Source of the DNA: Patescibacteria group bacterium
Lineage (GTDB): Bacteria > Patescibacteriota > WWE3 > 0-14-0-20-40-13
Reading direction: 5' to 3'
Length of the DNA stretch: 64,000 bases
NCBI GenBank assembly: GCA_018896215.1
Contig: JAHINB010000006.1
Coordinates: 2,941-66,940 of the forward strand
The position numbers and the translations under genes were made by a program. The notes beneath the pieces were generated by a model. The model was not told where the DNA came from and did no database searches. It saw nothing but the letters and a program-made list of their open reading frames with translations. How positions within the stretch are numbered: the first letter of the stretch is position 1; the number at the start of each line of letters is the position of its first letter. Of this stretch, positions 63,152-64,000 are shown piece by piece.

Positions 63152-64000
63152 TTTTAAACCAATTGATAGTTTTTAATAATCCATTCTCTAAAGAATTTTC
63201 GGGTTGCCACCCCAAAATCTCTTTGGCTCTTGCGATACTGGATAGCATCATATCTGCCTCCCCAACTCTATCTGGAAACACTCCAAGATTTATGGTTGAT
63301 TTGCTTTTACACAGCTCTACAATTTTCCTCGCTAAATACTCTAATTTGTAAGATTTACCCCCACCTAAATTAAATTCCAAACCCAAAGCCTTTTTTGACA
63401 GCGCAATTTTTACCAGCCCACTCACGGCATCTTCCACAAAAATATAATCTCTTTCTTTTTGACCAGAATTTAGATCGATATTTTCTCCCCGTAAGGCTTT
63501 GTTTATTATGGTCGGTATTAATCTAGTATTTTGCTGAAAACTCCCATAGGCAGTTGACATCCGAACGATTGAATAATCTAAATTGCATACGGTTTTGTAA
63601 TATTTACAAAAACTTTCACCTGCCACTTTAGAAATTGCATAAGGAGAAGGTGGTAAAAGCGGTTGATTTTCTTTGTAGGGTGTTTTGGAATTGCCATAAA
63701 CCTCTTGGGTGCTCATAAATACAATCTTAGAAACCTTTGCTTGCACACACGCCTCTAGCACATTAAGAGCGCCCTTGATATTAATGTCCACACAGTTTTG
63801 AGCGACTTTAAAATCACGCGAGAGGTCTACTAACGCCCCAAGATGAAAAACTACCTCGGGATTAAATTCCAAAAAAGCCCCTTTAATTTGCTCAAAATCC
63901 CTTAAATCAACAGTTTCGTCTAGACCGCAAACAGTAGCTCCAAGGGATTCCAAATTATGCACCAGATTTTGACCAACAAACCCACTTGCCCCAGTAACGA
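63144..64000 (-). CDS. NAD-dependent epimerase/dehydratase (extended SDR). The 5' end lies beyond the window.
   Basis: The reading frame continues to the right edge (…VTGASGFVGQNLVHNLESLGATVCGLD…), so the track ORF 63144-63962 is an internal start. Downstream YGNSKTPYKENQP and YAISKVAGE (the YxxxK catalytic motif). Confidence 0.65.
   Translation of the reverse strand, partial: VTGASGFVGQNLVHNLESLGATVCGLDETVDLRDFEQIKGAFLEFNPEVVFHLGALVDLSRDFKVAQNCVDINIKGALNVLEACVQAKVSKIVFMSTQEVYGNSKTPYKENQPLLPPSPYAISKVAGESFCKYYKTVCNLDYSIVRMSTAYGSFQQNTRLIPTIINKALRGENIDLNSGQKERDYIFVEDAVSGLVKIALSKKALGLEFNLGGGKSYKLEYLARKIVELCKSKSTINLGVFPDRVGEADMMLSSIARAKEILGWQPENSLENGLLKTINWFKNG

Noticed and set aside
1-64000. tRNA, rRNA and CRISPR arrays
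   Set aside because: Intergenic space is minimal (mostly under 30 bp). The few longer spacers (33963-34045, 39982-40124, 54940-55033, 60360-60718, 61193-61285) contain no cloverleaf-compatible sequences, no rRNA-like conserved stretches and no regularly spaced direct repeats.

Overview
The window is a low-GC (about 35%) bacterial contig from an unidentified, probably uncultivated lineage (a CPR/Patescibacteria-like origin is only an inference from gene content). Almost all of it is one very large envelope-glycosylation locus arranged as long co-directional gene arrays: minus strand 1-33980, plus 34046-38699, minus 38728-54939, plus 55034-59748, then minus again. Many stops and starts overlap, and several starts appear leaderless. 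By in-head motif reading I recognise the following.
- A monotopic phosphoglycosyl transferase.
- Nine family-1/4 glycosyltransferases.
- Six family-2 glycosyltransferases. Four of these carry the C-terminal TM hairpin of polyprenol-phosphate sugar synthases (GtrB/ArnC/DPM1 type).
- A MurJ/Wzx-type flippase and an LPG-synthase-TM flippase-like protein.
- About 17 polytopic membrane proteins with GT-C (ArnT/PMT_2-like) signatures. These include an O-antigen-ligase+ArnT-like fusion, a four-member paralog family with the motif W..RAV.F...HPGVT.MW, and two tandem giant paralogs (1014 and 1223 aa) separated by a small 4-TM protein.
- Sugar-nucleotide tailoring enzymes: two DegT-family PLP enzymes (one RfbH-like), three extended-SDR enzymes (one RmlD-like), an FkbM methyltransferase and two SAM methyltransferases.

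Non-coding and mosaic structure:
- A 78-bp promoter-like repeat at two loci.
- A 1.4-kb insertion flanked by exact 26-bp direct repeats that carries a COG1373/DUF4143 AAA ATPase.
- Two perfect palindromic hairpins of one sequence family in intergenic spacers, plus a half-palindrome remnant fossilised in the linker of a two-domain glycosyltransferase fusion.
- Heptanucleotide TTTGWCA repeat tracts inside two unrelated genes.
- G7 homopolymers in glycosylation genes.
- A compositionally foreign island at 59750-61830 (49-55% GC) of Nudix-fold gene cassettes. Two cassettes are followed by a 50-bp imperfect-palindromic direct repeat, each has its own promoter and SD, and a pseudogene fragment lies between them.

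No rRNA, tRNA or CRISPR array was found. A partial minus-strand gene at 1-794 runs off the left edge; it is missing from the ORF track because it has no in-window stop. The SDR gene at the right edge continues beyond 64000. Several ORF-track starts use GTG/TTG or upstream extensions; I shortened those to the likely ATG where noted. All family assignments are unverified and need HMM/BLAST confirmation.
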